Shown here piece after piece: positions 1-9,054 of a stretch of 64,000 nt of DNA. How positions within the stretch are numbered: position 1 is the first letter of the stretch; every line of letters begins with the position of its first letter. This stretch comes from Eubacteriales bacterium (GTDB lineage: Bacteria > Bacillota > Clostridia > Oscillospirales > UBA644). The DNA lies in contig JAZSMD010000012.1 of assembly GCA_045535665.1 (NCBI GenBank), positions 4,451-68,450 on the forward strand, given 5' to 3'. The notes under the pieces are model-generated. The model worked only from the letters and a program-made list of their open reading frames with translations. It was not told the DNA's origin and did no database searches. Both the position numbers and the translations under genes were made by a program.

Positions 1-1
1 G

Positions 2-613
2 GTTTGTGTAAAAGGAGCTCTTGATACATGGTATAAAGGTATCTGTGATGAACAATATTTGAAAATGGCGGAAAGGACTCCTGAAGAGGTAACTCAGGGC
101 TTTGAAGAAAGCCTTCTCATGGAAGCAGATTATTTCGCTTATTATTGGTCGTTTTATCTTGAAGAATTGGGCGAAAGCTTTGATTCTTTGAGTGAAGATG
201 TTCAGAACGAAGTGATTGAGCTTTGCAGAGAAATGTATAAGCATGTAAAATACGAGATCATAAGCTCCGCAAAGGTTGAAGAAGACAGCTATGCCGTTAA
301 AGTTTTGGTTTATCCTGTAAATTTATTGGGTCTTGCATATGATTCCTATATGGCTGATGGATATAAGCCTTTGGATGACTTCTATGCAGAATACGAGAAT
401 ATCTCTTTTGAAGAAATGACTGATGAAGAGTATTTCGAGTATTGCGAAAGATCTGCTGAACTTACTCTTCAGATGATAAAAGAACATTTGCCAAATATCG
501 GCAATATGGAAGAAGTCTCCATTATGGTTCAGGTTGACATCATTGACGGACTTTATACTATCAATGAGGACGATCTTTCGGAGATTGATTGGAATATAAT
601 TTACTATCCTTGA
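2..613 (+). CDS. hypothetical acidic protein, 5' end outside the window
   Basis: Frame stays open from the window edge (VCVKGALDTWYKG...) into the listed 59..613 ORF. No recognisable catalytic motif. Followed by hairpin 637..674. Confidence 0.5.
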   Translation, partial: VCVKGALDTWYKGICDEQYLKMAERTPEEVTQGFEESLLMEADYFAYYWSFYLEELGESFDSLSEDVQNEVIELCREMYKHVKYEIISSAKVEEDSYAVKVLVYPVNLLGLAYDSYMADGYKPLDDFYAEYENISFEEMTDEEYFEYCERSAELTLQMIKEHLPNIGNMEEVSIMVQVDIIDGLYTINEDDLSEIDWNIIYYP

Positions 614-636
614 TTAAAAAAATAATATAAAAATCT

Positions 637-674
637 CAGGGCGAAGCTCCTTTTCGGAAAGGAACTTCGCCCTG
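637..674. terminator. hairpin between convergent genes
   Basis: CAGGGCGAAGCTCC / GGAACTTCGCCCTG arms around a TTTTCGGAAA loop, between the + gene end at 613 and the pepF end at 692. Confidence 0.65.
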
Positions 675-691
675 TAAAATGTACTGTGGAA

Positions 692-2491
692 TTATTTTTT
701 ATTATAGATTTCTCTGAACTGAGCGACTGCGGAAGCAAAGTCTTCGATTGCACTTGTTACAACTTCGGGTTTTGTCATATCAATACCTGCAACGAGAAGG
801 CTTTCGAGGGGTGAACGGGAGCCGCCGCATTTAAGGAAGTCGATGTACTGTCCTACATATGCTTCGCCTTCTGTTTCGATTCTCTTAACGATTGCAGAAG
901 CCGCAGAAATACAAGTTGCGTATTTGTAAACGTAGAAGCTTGTATAGAAGTGGGGAATTCTCATCCATTCGTATGCTATCTGCTTATCGCAAGTTACATC
1001 GGGTCCGAAATAACGCTTAACAAGTTTATAGTAACGCTTGTTGATAACGTCAGCTGTGAGAGGTTCTCCTTTTTCGCAGAGAGCATGGATTCCTTTTTCA
1101 AATTCAGCAAACATTGTCTGGCGGAAAAGTGTGCCCTTATATGTTTCCATAAGCTGATTGAGGATATAAAGCTTTTCATCATCGTTTGTGCATTCACGGA
1201 GCTTTCTGTGAGCTAAAAGGAGCTCGTTTACAGTTGAGGCAACTTCCGCAACAAAGATAGTGTAGTTTGAATTATGGGGTTCGTTATAATGTGTAGAGAA
1301 CCATGTATGCATTGAGTGACCTGCTTCGTGGGCAAGTGTCATAATGTCATCAAACTTTTCTGTGTAGTTGAGGAGAATATAAGGCTCTGTGTCAGGACCT
1401 CCTGAACTGAAAGCTCCTCCTCTTTTTCCTCTTGAGGGATAAACGTCAACCCAACCCTTTTCCTTGAGACCTGCTTTGAGGTTGGAAGCATATTCTTCAC
1501 CGTAAACCTTTACTGTCTCAAGTACTTCGTCAACTGCTTCCTCGTAGGAATAAACTCTGTCAAGTTCACCGATAAGAGGTGCATAAATGTCGTACATATG
1601 GAGATTTTCAAGTCCCAAAACTTCCTTCTTTAATGCATAGTAATCATAAAGTACGGGAAGTCCTTTATTTACGGAGTCGATAAGATTGTTGTAAATTTCA
1701 GGAGTTACTTCATCTCTGAAGGTTGAAGCTGTGATTGAGTTTGCATAATTGCGTACTTTTGCCATTGTGCAGCGTTCTTTTACATGGTTGTTGAGCATTG
1801 TTCCGAATGTGTTTCCGAACTGTGCATAAGTTTTGTAAAGACAACGGAATGCTGCCTGGCGAACTCTTCTGTCATTGCTCATGAGGTAGGGAACGTAGCT
1901 TGCATCCGTAAGTTCAACGAGGTTTCCTGCTTCATCTTTGATTTTTCCGAATCTCAGGTCAGAGTTTGCAAAAAGGTTGCGGGTTTCACCGTGTGCACCT
2001 AAAGCATCTTCCATTTTTGATATGAGTTGTTCACATTCGTCGGAAAGAGTGTGAGGCTTCATTCTCATATTTTTTTCTATCATTCGGCGATAGGTCTCAA
2101 GTTCAGGGACTTCCTTATACCATTTTTCCAAAACGGTTTCGTCAAGTCTGAGAAGGTAGGGTGATACAAACCATGAAGCAGTACCTGCGGAAATTGCAAG
2201 GGTTCTTACTTTTGCACTGAGAGCCTGATATGCGTTGTTTGTGCTGTCTACAGCGAAATTCAAGTGGGCATAGTGCCAAAGCTTTTCGATTATGGCATCA
2301 AGGTCAACGGATGCTTTTATGGTATCATAAAGACCCTGAGCTGATTTCAGCATTTTCTTTTCGAATTTACGGAAGCCCTTTATTGCCTTTTCCGCAATAG
2401 CAAAATCTTTATAAAAAGCAGCTTCATCTTCGTAAATTACGGAAAGGTCCCATTTGTACTTTTTGTCAATATCTTTTCTGTCTTTAATCAT
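692..2491 (-). CDS. pepF: oligoendopeptidase F (M3B metallopeptidase)
   Basis: HEAGHSMH zinc motif and PepF-like length and N-terminus (MIKDRKDIDKKYKWDL). Start moved to the ATG at 2491, which has an AAGGAG SD 8 nt upstream. Confidence 0.9.
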   Translation of the reverse strand: MIKDRKDIDKKYKWDLSVIYEDEAAFYKDFAIAEKAIKGFRKFEKKMLKSAQGLYDTIKASVDLDAIIEKLWHYAHLNFAVDSTNNAYQALSAKVRTLAISAGTASWFVSPYLLRLDETVLEKWYKEVPELETYRRMIEKNMRMKPHTLSDECEQLISKMEDALGAHGETRNLFANSDLRFGKIKDEAGNLVELTDASYVPYLMSNDRRVRQAAFRCLYKTYAQFGNTFGTMLNNHVKERCTMAKVRNYANSITASTFRDEVTPEIYNNLIDSVNKGLPVLYDYYALKKEVLGLENLHMYDIYAPLIGELDRVYSYEEAVDEVLETVKVYGEEYASNLKAGLKEKGWVDVYPSRGKRGGAFSSGGPDTEPYILLNYTEKFDDIMTLAHEAGHSMHTWFSTHYNEPHNSNYTIFVAEVASTVNELLLAHRKLRECTNDDEKLYILNQLMETYKGTLFRQTMFAEFEKGIHALCEKGEPLTADVINKRYYKLVKRYFGPDVTCDKQIAYEWMRIPHFYTSFYVYKYATCISAASAIVKRIETEGEAYVGQYIDFLKCGGSRSPLESLLVAGIDMTKPEVVTSAIEDFASAVAQFREIYNKK

Positions 2492-2622
2492 TGTGATTCT
2501 CCTTAATAATGATTTGGATATTTTATACATATATTGTACCCGACTTTTGTGGGAAAGTCAATACTTAAAATGTGTTTTTTTATGATTATAATTATTTTTT
2601 CCGTAATTTTACCGTTTTAATG

Positions 2623-2651
2623 TTGACTTTTTTATCAGAATGTTATAAAAT
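2623..2651 (+). promoter_or_regulatory. sigma-A type promoter for araB (TTGACT-17-TAAAAT)
   Basis: Hexamers at 2623..2628 and 2646..2651 with exact 17-nt spacing, 31 nt upstream of the araB ATG. Confidence 0.55.
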
Positions 2652-2681
2652 AAAAGAAATACATCCAAAGGGGCATTCAAA

Positions 2682-4322
2682 ATGAAAAAATATGTTATAG
2701 GAATGGATTTCGGAACACTTTCTTTGCGTACCGTGGTTGTTGACCCTGAAAACGGTACGGAGATTGCGGAATCCGTTTATCAGTATCCTCACGGTGTGAT
2801 GGATGAAGCTTTGCCTGACGGAACGAAACTTCCTAAGATGTGGGCTCTCCAACATCCCGAAGATTATATAAAAGCTTTGCAAAAGACAATACCTCAAGCT
2901 TTAAGGTCTGCAAAAATCAAACCTCAGCAAATTGTCGGGGTTGGTGTAGATTTTACTACTTGTACAGTTATTCCCGTCCTTGAAGACGGTACTCCCGTTT
3001 GCTTTTTGCCTGAATTTAAAAGTGAGCCTAACGCATATGTAAAACTTTGGAAACATCACGGGGCATGGAAAGAAGCAGATAAAATAAACGGTATTCTGGA
3101 AAAGCTTGACCCTGAAAGACTTGCGGTTTACGGTGGAAAGGTTTCTTCCGAATGGATGCTTCCCAAAATTGCGGAGACCTTGAATCTTGCCCCTGCAGTT
3201 TATGAAAAAGCTGACAGATTTATGGATGCAGGGGATTGGATATCCTTGATCCTTACAGGAAAAGAGACCCGTGCCAAGTGTTTTGCAGGGTTTAAAGCAT
3301 GTTGGACAGCTTCAGGCGGTTATCCTTCAAAAGCAGTATTGGAAGCGATAGATTCGCGTATGAAGGACCTGATAGGTACAAAAATTCCCGAAAAGGTTAA
3401 TGAACCTGAAGAAATTGCGGGATATATAAGTGAAAAAGCTTCAGAACTTACAACACTCCCTGTCGGAACACCTGTTGCAATGCCGATGATAGATGCTCAG
3501 GCTGGGCTGCCTGCTCTTAAGATTACGGAATCGGGGCAAATGATGCATATTTTAGGGACTTCAGCTTGTTTGATAACTAATTTCGATGAAGCCAAAACCG
3601 TTAAAGGCGTCAGCGGATATGTTGAAAACGCTGTTTTCCCCGGATGTACAACTTATGAGGCAGGGCAAGCTTGTGTCGGAGACGGATTTGACTGGTTTGT
3701 TAAAAATTATGTTCATGAAAAGTATATGAAGGAAGCTGATGAGAAAAACGTAAGTATTCACGAGATATTACGTCGCAAGGCGTCTAAACTTCGTCCCGGT
3801 CAAAGCGGATTGTTGGCTCTTGATTGGCTCAACGGAAACAGAAGTGTTCTTGATGATTCGTCTCTTTCCGGCATGATCCTGGGGTTGACCTTAAACACGA
3901 AACCCGAAGAAATATACAGAGCCATAATAGAATCCACGGCTTTCGGTGCAAGGGTCATAATTGAAGCCTTTGAATCCCATGGAATAGCTGTGAACGAAAT
4001 CTTTGCAGCAGGCGGAATTGCCAAAAAAGATGAAATGATGATGCAGATTTATGCCGATGTTTTGCACAGACCAATAAAAATCGCGGATACATCTCAGGCA
4101 GGAGCTTTGGGAAGTGCAATAAATGCGGCGGCGGCAAGCGGTTTGTATTCCAATCTTCGTGAAGCGGCGGCTGTAATGGGCAGATCCTATAAGAAAATAT
4201 ATAGTCCGAAAGCTGAAAATGTTGAAATATACGAAAAGCTTTATGCTGAATACAAAATTCTCCATGATTATTTCGGCAGAGGCGGAAATGATGTAATGAA
4301 GAGACTTCAGAATTTAAAGTAA
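2682..4322 (+). CDS. araB: L-ribulokinase (FGGY carbohydrate kinase)
   Basis: N-terminus MKKYVIGMDFGTLSLR and FGGY-family C-terminus (AAGGIAKKDEMMMQIYADV) typical of AraB. SD aaagggg. Confidence 0.85.
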   Translation: MKKYVIGMDFGTLSLRTVVVDPENGTEIAESVYQYPHGVMDEALPDGTKLPKMWALQHPEDYIKALQKTIPQALRSAKIKPQQIVGVGVDFTTCTVIPVLEDGTPVCFLPEFKSEPNAYVKLWKHHGAWKEADKINGILEKLDPERLAVYGGKVSSEWMLPKIAETLNLAPAVYEKADRFMDAGDWISLILTGKETRAKCFAGFKACWTASGGYPSKAVLEAIDSRMKDLIGTKIPEKVNEPEEIAGYISEKASELTTLPVGTPVAMPMIDAQAGLPALKITESGQMMHILGTSACLITNFDEAKTVKGVSGYVENAVFPGCTTYEAGQACVGDGFDWFVKNYVHEKYMKEADEKNVSIHEILRRKASKLRPGQSGLLALDWLNGNRSVLDDSSLSGMILGLTLNTKPEEIYRAIIESTAFGARVIIEAFESHGIAVNEIFAAGGIAKKDEMMMQIYADVLHRPIKIADTSQAGALGSAINAAAASGLYSNLREAAAVMGRSYKKIYSPKAENVEIYEKLYAEYKILHDYFGRGGNDVMKRLQNLK

Positions 4323-4334
4323 AGGAAAAGTAAT

Positions 4335-5111
4335 ATGAAATACGGAATAAATCTTGATGCATACGATGGAATATCTCTTGAAGAAGCGGCAAGACTTCTT
4401 AAGAAAAACGGATTTTCCACAACTTTTTTGGGGACATATCATCCCGATGTGGATAAAGGTATACAAGCTGCAAAAGAAAACGGCATAGAAGTTGAATTCA
4501 TGCACGCACCCTTTCGCAAAATAAATCCTATCTGGCTGCCTACACTTGAAGGTGAAGAGTCTCTGAAAGAGCTTCTTGATGCCGTCGATTTTTGTAAAAA
4601 GTATGGAATAAAGGCTCTTGCATGTCATGTTTCAAGCGGGGTGAATCCTCCCAATATCAACGATGTGGGACTTTTGCGCTTTGCAAGGTTTATTGAATAT
4701 GCAAAAGCAAAAAATGTGAGACTTGCATTTGAAAATCAGCGAAAAATTTCCAATATAGCATATCTTTTTGAAAAGTTTCCCGACATTACTTTCTGTTGGG
4801 ATACTGGTCATGAGGAATGTTTTGCCGGCGGCACAAGGTTTATGCCTCTTTTCGGCAAAAAGCTTGATATCGTACATATTCATGATAATCATAAGCTTCC
4901 CGACGGGGATGACCATATGCTCCCCTTTGATGCGGAAATCGATTTTGATCGTGTGGCAAAATCTTTGGCAGAAGCAAATTTGAAGAACTCCGTTATGCTT
5001 GAGGTTGATAATAAGCCTCAGTTTTATGCAGGTGTAAGTCCTGAAGAGTTCTTTGAAAGGGCTGCAAGTGCAGTGAAAAAACTCATTTCAATGATAGAAA
5101 AAAATATCTGA
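4335..5111 (+). CDS. sugar phosphate isomerase/epimerase (xylose-isomerase-like TIM barrel)
   Basis: 258 aa, 12 nt after araB. Metal-ligand-like pattern (FENQ..., WDTGHEE, HIHDN) typical of the AP-endonuclease-2/TIM-barrel family. Confidence 0.7.
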   Translation: MKYGINLDAYDGISLEEAARLLKKNGFSTTFLGTYHPDVDKGIQAAKENGIEVEFMHAPFRKINPIWLPTLEGEESLKELLDAVDFCKKYGIKALACHVSSGVNPPNINDVGLLRFARFIEYAKAKNVRLAFENQRKISNIAYLFEKFPDITFCWDTGHEECFAGGTRFMPLFGKKLDIVHIHDNHKLPDGDDHMLPFDAEIDFDRVAKSLAEANLKNSVMLEVDNKPQFYAGVSPEEFFERAASAVKKLISMIEKNI

Positions 5112-5170
5112 TTTCCAAAATTAAGAATAAGTTGGTTTATTTGATTTAATTGGCTTTTTTGAAATGGTAT

Positions 5171-5204
5171 GGGGAAACTTTTTTCACCTGAAAAAAGTTT
5201 CCCC
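5171..5204. terminator. GGGGAAACTTTT-family palindromic terminator (copy a)
   Basis: 14-bp perfect stem with a 6-nt loop, between convergent genes ending at 5111 (+) and 5224 (-). Confidence 0.65.
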
Positions 5205-5223
5205 ATAATTATCTTCATTCAAT

Positions 5224-6015
5224 TTATCCCAAAGCTACGTCCATTACCATCATTATTGAAAATCCGATCAGGGTGAATAGCGCCATTAAGTCTTTTCGCT
5301 GATTTGTCTGACTTTCGGGAATCAGTTCTTCTACTACCACATAGATCATTGCTCCTGCGGCAAACGCCAAGAGATACGGCAGTAAAAATCTTGCTTTTAG
5401 TACTAAAACCGCACCAAAAAAACCTGATATTGGTTCTACAATTCCGCTGAATTGTCCTAAAATAAAGGCTTTTTGTGGGGAGTATCCTTCTCTCAATAAT
5501 GGCAGACTTACCGCACTTCCTTCGGGAAAGTTTTGCAGTCCTATTCCTATTGCCAGCATTACAGCCCCACCTAAAGTTGCACCTTCAAGCCCATACGCCA
5601 ACGACCCGAAAGCTACACCTACAGCCATTCCTTCGGGAATATTATGTAATGTTATGGAGAAAATCAGCATCATTACCCGTTTTTTGCTGTCTGAAACTGA
5701 ATTTTTCATCCGTTTTTCAAAGAATTTATCTCCCAAAAAAAGGACAATTCCTCCCAGCATAAAACCTATGAGTACGGTGATCCATGGATTTGTGCCCAAA
5801 TCTTCTGCCATTTCAATGGCGGGTGCAAGTAACGACCAGAAACTTGCTGCAATCATTACTCCTGCGGCGCATCCGAGTGTTGCATCCATTATATTTTTAT
5901 TTATATTTTTGAAAATAAAGACGACGCAAGCTCCAAGAGCTGTTACCGCCCATGTGAAAAGAGTTGCAATTACAGCTTGAACTGTCGGGTCAAGTTTTAT
6001 AAAAAAATCCGTCAT
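5224..6015 (-). CDS. ZIP family metal (zinc) transporter
   Basis: Polytopic membrane protein with ZIP signatures (HNIPEGMAVG, QNFPEG). Start taken at MTDFFIKLD (ATG 6015, AGGA SD), because hairpin 6038..6071 lies upstream of it. Confidence 0.8.
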   Translation of the reverse strand: MTDFFIKLDPTVQAVIATLFTWAVTALGACVVFIFKNINKNIMDATLGCAAGVMIAASFWSLLAPAIEMAEDLGTNPWITVLIGFMLGGIVLFLGDKFFEKRMKNSVSDSKKRVMMLIFSITLHNIPEGMAVGVAFGSLAYGLEGATLGGAVMLAIGIGLQNFPEGSAVSLPLLREGYSPQKAFILGQFSGIVEPISGFFGAVLVLKARFLLPYLLAFAAGAMIYVVVEELIPESQTNQRKDLMALFTLIGFSIMMVMDVALG

Positions 6016-6030
6016 GTAAATCGTCCTATT

Positions 6031-6071
6031 AAAAAAATCCGCATATACGGTCATTAACCAATATATGCGGA
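6031..6071 (-). terminator. rho-independent terminator after the GH106-like gene
   Basis: 10-bp perfect stem TCCGCATATA/TATATGCGGA (6038..6047 and 6062..6071), followed on the minus strand by a U7 run (6031..6037). Confidence 0.75.
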
Positions 6072-6087
6072 ATGTATTTTTTTGTAT

Positions 6088-8538
6088 CTATTTGACAAAT
6101 TTTATCAAAACGGGTCCGTAAAGCCCTCCGTCAAGATGTTCCTTTTCAGCTTCTTTCGATTTTTCATTATAAGGTCCGATCTCTTTCTGTTCAAAGAGTT
6201 TATCTGCATCTGAAAGAACAAATTGATTTGCTGCAGTATTTGAAACAGTAATTTCAATGGTGTTTTTCCCTTTTTTGAAATATTTTGAATGGAAATAAAT
6301 TTCCATCGGTTTAAAAACTGCACAACCTGCAAACTCTCCGTTTATTTTAACTGAAGCAGAGTGTTCCACTTTACCCAAAGAGATCATGGAAGTTTCTATA
6401 GGTTCAAAATCAAGTTCAAAGTCTGTTTTGTAAACTATGTCTCCCGAAAAATCTTTTCCGTAAAGGTTTTCCCAAGAACCAAGTTCTGTTTTTTGCGGCT
6501 TATAATCGGGGTATATTGCCCTACCGCTTGTTTTGTCGAGAATAAAAGATTTGCTTACAGCAGACTCAAAGTTTTTTAATTCCACTGTCTTTTCAAAGTT
6601 TATCTTTTTGGGATTGACAGTTGAATCAAGTCTTTTGTCGGTTCGTAAGAAGCATATACTTTCACCGATTTCCAGGGAGATATTCAAATCTTCGGGTTCA
6701 CTTGCGGAATGTATTTTACCTGAAAGGGGTTCAAGTTCAAACGTGTATTTCTTTCCATCTTTAAATGATATATGCGTTTCGGCAAGTTTCCCGCTTTCGT
6801 TGACAAAAAGATACAGAATATCACCGTTTTCCAAGATCCTTTTTGATGCACGTATTTCGGAAAATCCGTTTGAACTGCCGCAAACAGGTATTGCTTTTGA
6901 AATATACGGTAAAAGTTTAGCTTTGATATCCGTTGGAATGTATTCATTTTTCGGAATATATACATATTTGAAGTACGATCTTCCTATTTTCAGCCCTTCG
7001 GGCTTGATTTTGGCGTTTCTTATGGCGGAATCATCACAAATAATAAAATCTACACCGTTGTTTTCCAGATGCTTTCCTATTTCATTAAATGATTCAATTG
7101 CTTTTTGGCGAATTTTGCCACCTGCACGGAAATCGTTTTGCGGAATATATAGAATCGTTTCTGCACCTGACCTTCCGAGAGTTGAAAGATATGTCATACG
7201 TGCTGAGAAGTCGTTGATTTTTTTGAGGTTTTCATATCCGGGTTTTTCTTTTCCGAATGAAGGTCTCTCCGCAAAAGCAAGATGTTTCTCACGACCGTAG
7301 CTTATATTCATGAAATTTATAATATTTATGCCTCTGAGAAATTGGTAATTTAAAACATATCTCATTTCGTTATATGTATAACCCGAGCCGTAAACTCCGA
7401 AAGATTCGCTTACTGTAAGGTTTCTTTCATTTTGAATAGCTGCAGATGCTGCAAATCGGGGAAAGAAGCTTGTTCCTTCGGAAACACCTTTCCCGTAATC
7501 TATCTGTCTCCATATAACATCTATTCCAGGCATATGTAATTTGCTTAATGAGTCAGGATATGATGTGTAACCGTGATTTACCGAAAAATCACATTGGTGG
7601 TCGTTGTCAAGATGTCCTGTTATAAGCAGATTGTTTTTTTTACACCAATCTCCTTGTGCTTTCAGGAAATTTTCATTGAAAATTTCACCGCAAAGAGTAT
7701 AGTAGTCTATCCTTATTTTGTTTTCCTCTTGGGATTCACCTTGTGGCTTAAATAGAACAGGAAACTTGTCTGTAATATCGTAACCGTACTTCTCTTGGAA
7801 ACATTGTTGAAAATCTTCGCAGAAAGAAGGCATTGAAGCTTTGGGTTCGTCTGTAAACATAAACGGGACAGTTTTTCCAAAGTGTTCTCCGATATATTCT
7901 TTGTATTTTTCATGGGTAATATTGATGAATGTTTCGGTTGTCAATTTTTCAGTAAGATCTGTCAAAGAACCTCTTATGGGGTCAATAGCCGCTTTTTTTA
8001 TGTAGTATTCCGTTATTTCAATGTCTGAATCAAATACTTCTCCACCGTAGAGCCGTTTATCTTCGAAAAATGCAGCCTTTACGTCATTTGAAAGCAAATA
8101 TTTATTTCCTTGTTTTAAGATTGATTCCCGTCTTTCAATATTTTTGATTACAGTCTTGGGTTCTTTAAGCGAAACTTTCCCTGAAGCTCCACCGGAAGGC
8201 CAACCGCCTTCGTCGTAGAGCCACATATACATTCCTTTTGAGTTCGCATAATCCGCTGTGAATTTAATGTATTCCATGAATTCATCCGTAAGATAGTCCG
8301 GTTCAAGGTTTGTTGCCATTGTGTGCGGTCGAAAGTTTTTCGGTTCGGGAATTATATAAAAACAGCGAATTCCACCTTCTGCCATTTCGTCTATTTGATT
8401 TTTAATTTTATCCTGATCAAGAACATCATTCCATATCCAAGAAAAAACAGGGTAAAAGCAGTTGTCGGGTGTTGAGAATCTTTCGTGTTCAAATTCTAAA
8501 CCCCCGTTTATTACATCCGAATAACTCAATTCTTTCAT
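6088..8538 (-). CDS. glycoside hydrolase, GH106-like / jelly-roll glycosylhydrolase family
   Basis: 816 aa with no signal peptide. N-terminal pattern PVFSWIWNDVLDQDKIKNQIDEMAEGGI resembles this family. Start ATG overlaps the upstream gene's stop (ATGA at 8535..8538). Confidence 0.55.
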   Translation of the reverse strand: MKELSYSDVINGGLEFEHERFSTPDNCFYPVFSWIWNDVLDQDKIKNQIDEMAEGGIRCFYIIPEPKNFRPHTMATNLEPDYLTDEFMEYIKFTADYANSKGMYMWLYDEGGWPSGGASGKVSLKEPKTVIKNIERRESILKQGNKYLLSNDVKAAFFEDKRLYGGEVFDSDIEITEYYIKKAAIDPIRGSLTDLTEKLTTETFINITHEKYKEYIGEHFGKTVPFMFTDEPKASMPSFCEDFQQCFQEKYGYDITDKFPVLFKPQGESQEENKIRIDYYTLCGEIFNENFLKAQGDWCKKNNLLITGHLDNDHQCDFSVNHGYTSYPDSLSKLHMPGIDVIWRQIDYGKGVSEGTSFFPRFAASAAIQNERNLTVSESFGVYGSGYTYNEMRYVLNYQFLRGINIINFMNISYGREKHLAFAERPSFGKEKPGYENLKKINDFSARMTYLSTLGRSGAETILYIPQNDFRAGGKIRQKAIESFNEIGKHLENNGVDFIICDDSAIRNAKIKPEGLKIGRSYFKYVYIPKNEYIPTDIKAKLLPYISKAIPVCGSSNGFSEIRASKRILENGDILYLFVNESGKLAETHISFKDGKKYTFELEPLSGKIHSASEPEDLNISLEIGESICFLRTDKRLDSTVNPKKINFEKTVELKNFESAVSKSFILDKTSGRAIYPDYKPQKTELGSWENLYGKDFSGDIVYKTDFELDFEPIETSMISLGKVEHSASVKINGEFAGCAVFKPMEIYFHSKYFKKGKNTIEITVSNTAANQFVLSDADKLFEQKEIGPYNEKSKEAEKEHLDGGLYGPVLIKFVK

Positions 8539-9053
8539 TGTTTCAAAAGCTTCTTTCTTTTTTCGTAGTCGGGCATGACTGAGTATATAAAACTGTAGAA
8601 CCCTTTCCCATGATTTTTATGTTTGATGTGGGCAAGTTCGTGAACTACTACGGCTTCTATTGCTTCGATTGGGTATTGCATCAGTAAATATGAAAAGCAT
8701 AATGAGTTTTTTCCGCTGCAACTGCCGTATCGAGTGCGTGCGGATGTGATTTTTATACCACTTGGGGTGACGTTCATCAGCTTTGCATACTTTTCTGTAA
8801 TGGGTGTTATTATTTTAATCGCCTTTTTCTTCATTTCCATTACTTTTTCGGGGGCAAATTCTGCATTCATTGCTGAAAACTTTTTTTGCCTTTGTCTTGT
8901 AATGGCTTTTTCTATCCAATCTTTTGCTTTTTCAACTTCTGCTTTGATCAGTTTTTCCGAAAGTCTTTTGGGGGCTCTCACGATAACTTCGCAGTCTTTT
9001 GAAACTCTGATCTCTAAAGTTTTTCTATCGGAGCGTATAATTTTATAGTCCAT
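8535..9053 (-). CDS. YgjP/DUF45-type (M48/SprT-like) metal-dependent hydrolase
   Basis: HELAHIKHKNH zinc motif near the C-terminus. Start taken at MDYKIIRSDRK (ATG 9053), 1 nt after the stop of the upstream flavoprotein gene. Confidence 0.75.
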   Translation of the reverse strand: MDYKIIRSDRKTLEIRVSKDCEVIVRAPKRLSEKLIKAEVEKAKDWIEKAITRQRQKKFSAMNAEFAPEKVMEMKKKAIKIITPITEKYAKLMNVTPSGIKITSARTRYGSCSGKNSLCFSYLLMQYPIEAIEAVVVHELAHIKHKNHGKGFYSFIYSVMPDYEKRKKLLKQ

Positions 9054-9054
9054 T

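Noticed and set aside
2492-2681. AraR-like operator half-site (ATTGTAC) in the pepF/araB divergent region.
   Set aside because: Only half of the ATTTGTACGTACAAAT-type palindrome is present, and no AraR-type GntR gene is nearby.
6016-6037. Zur-box-like AAATCGT upstream of the ZIP transporter gene.
   Set aside because: Only one half-site is present, with no inverted partner (TCGTCCTATTAAAAA instead of TCGTAATNATTACGA).
6533-7300. 255-aa ORF on the plus strand inside the GH106-like gene. Similar long antisense ORFs occur at 62440..63276, 59929..60480, 23609..24145, 22935..23447, 11265..11798, 18898..19377, 27943..28590 and 30791..31249.
   Set aside because: All lie antisense to well-supported genes. 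They have low-complexity, Ser/Phe/Ile/Lys-rich compositions, lack SD sequences and show no recognisable motifs. These are typical shadow ORFs of an AT-rich genome.
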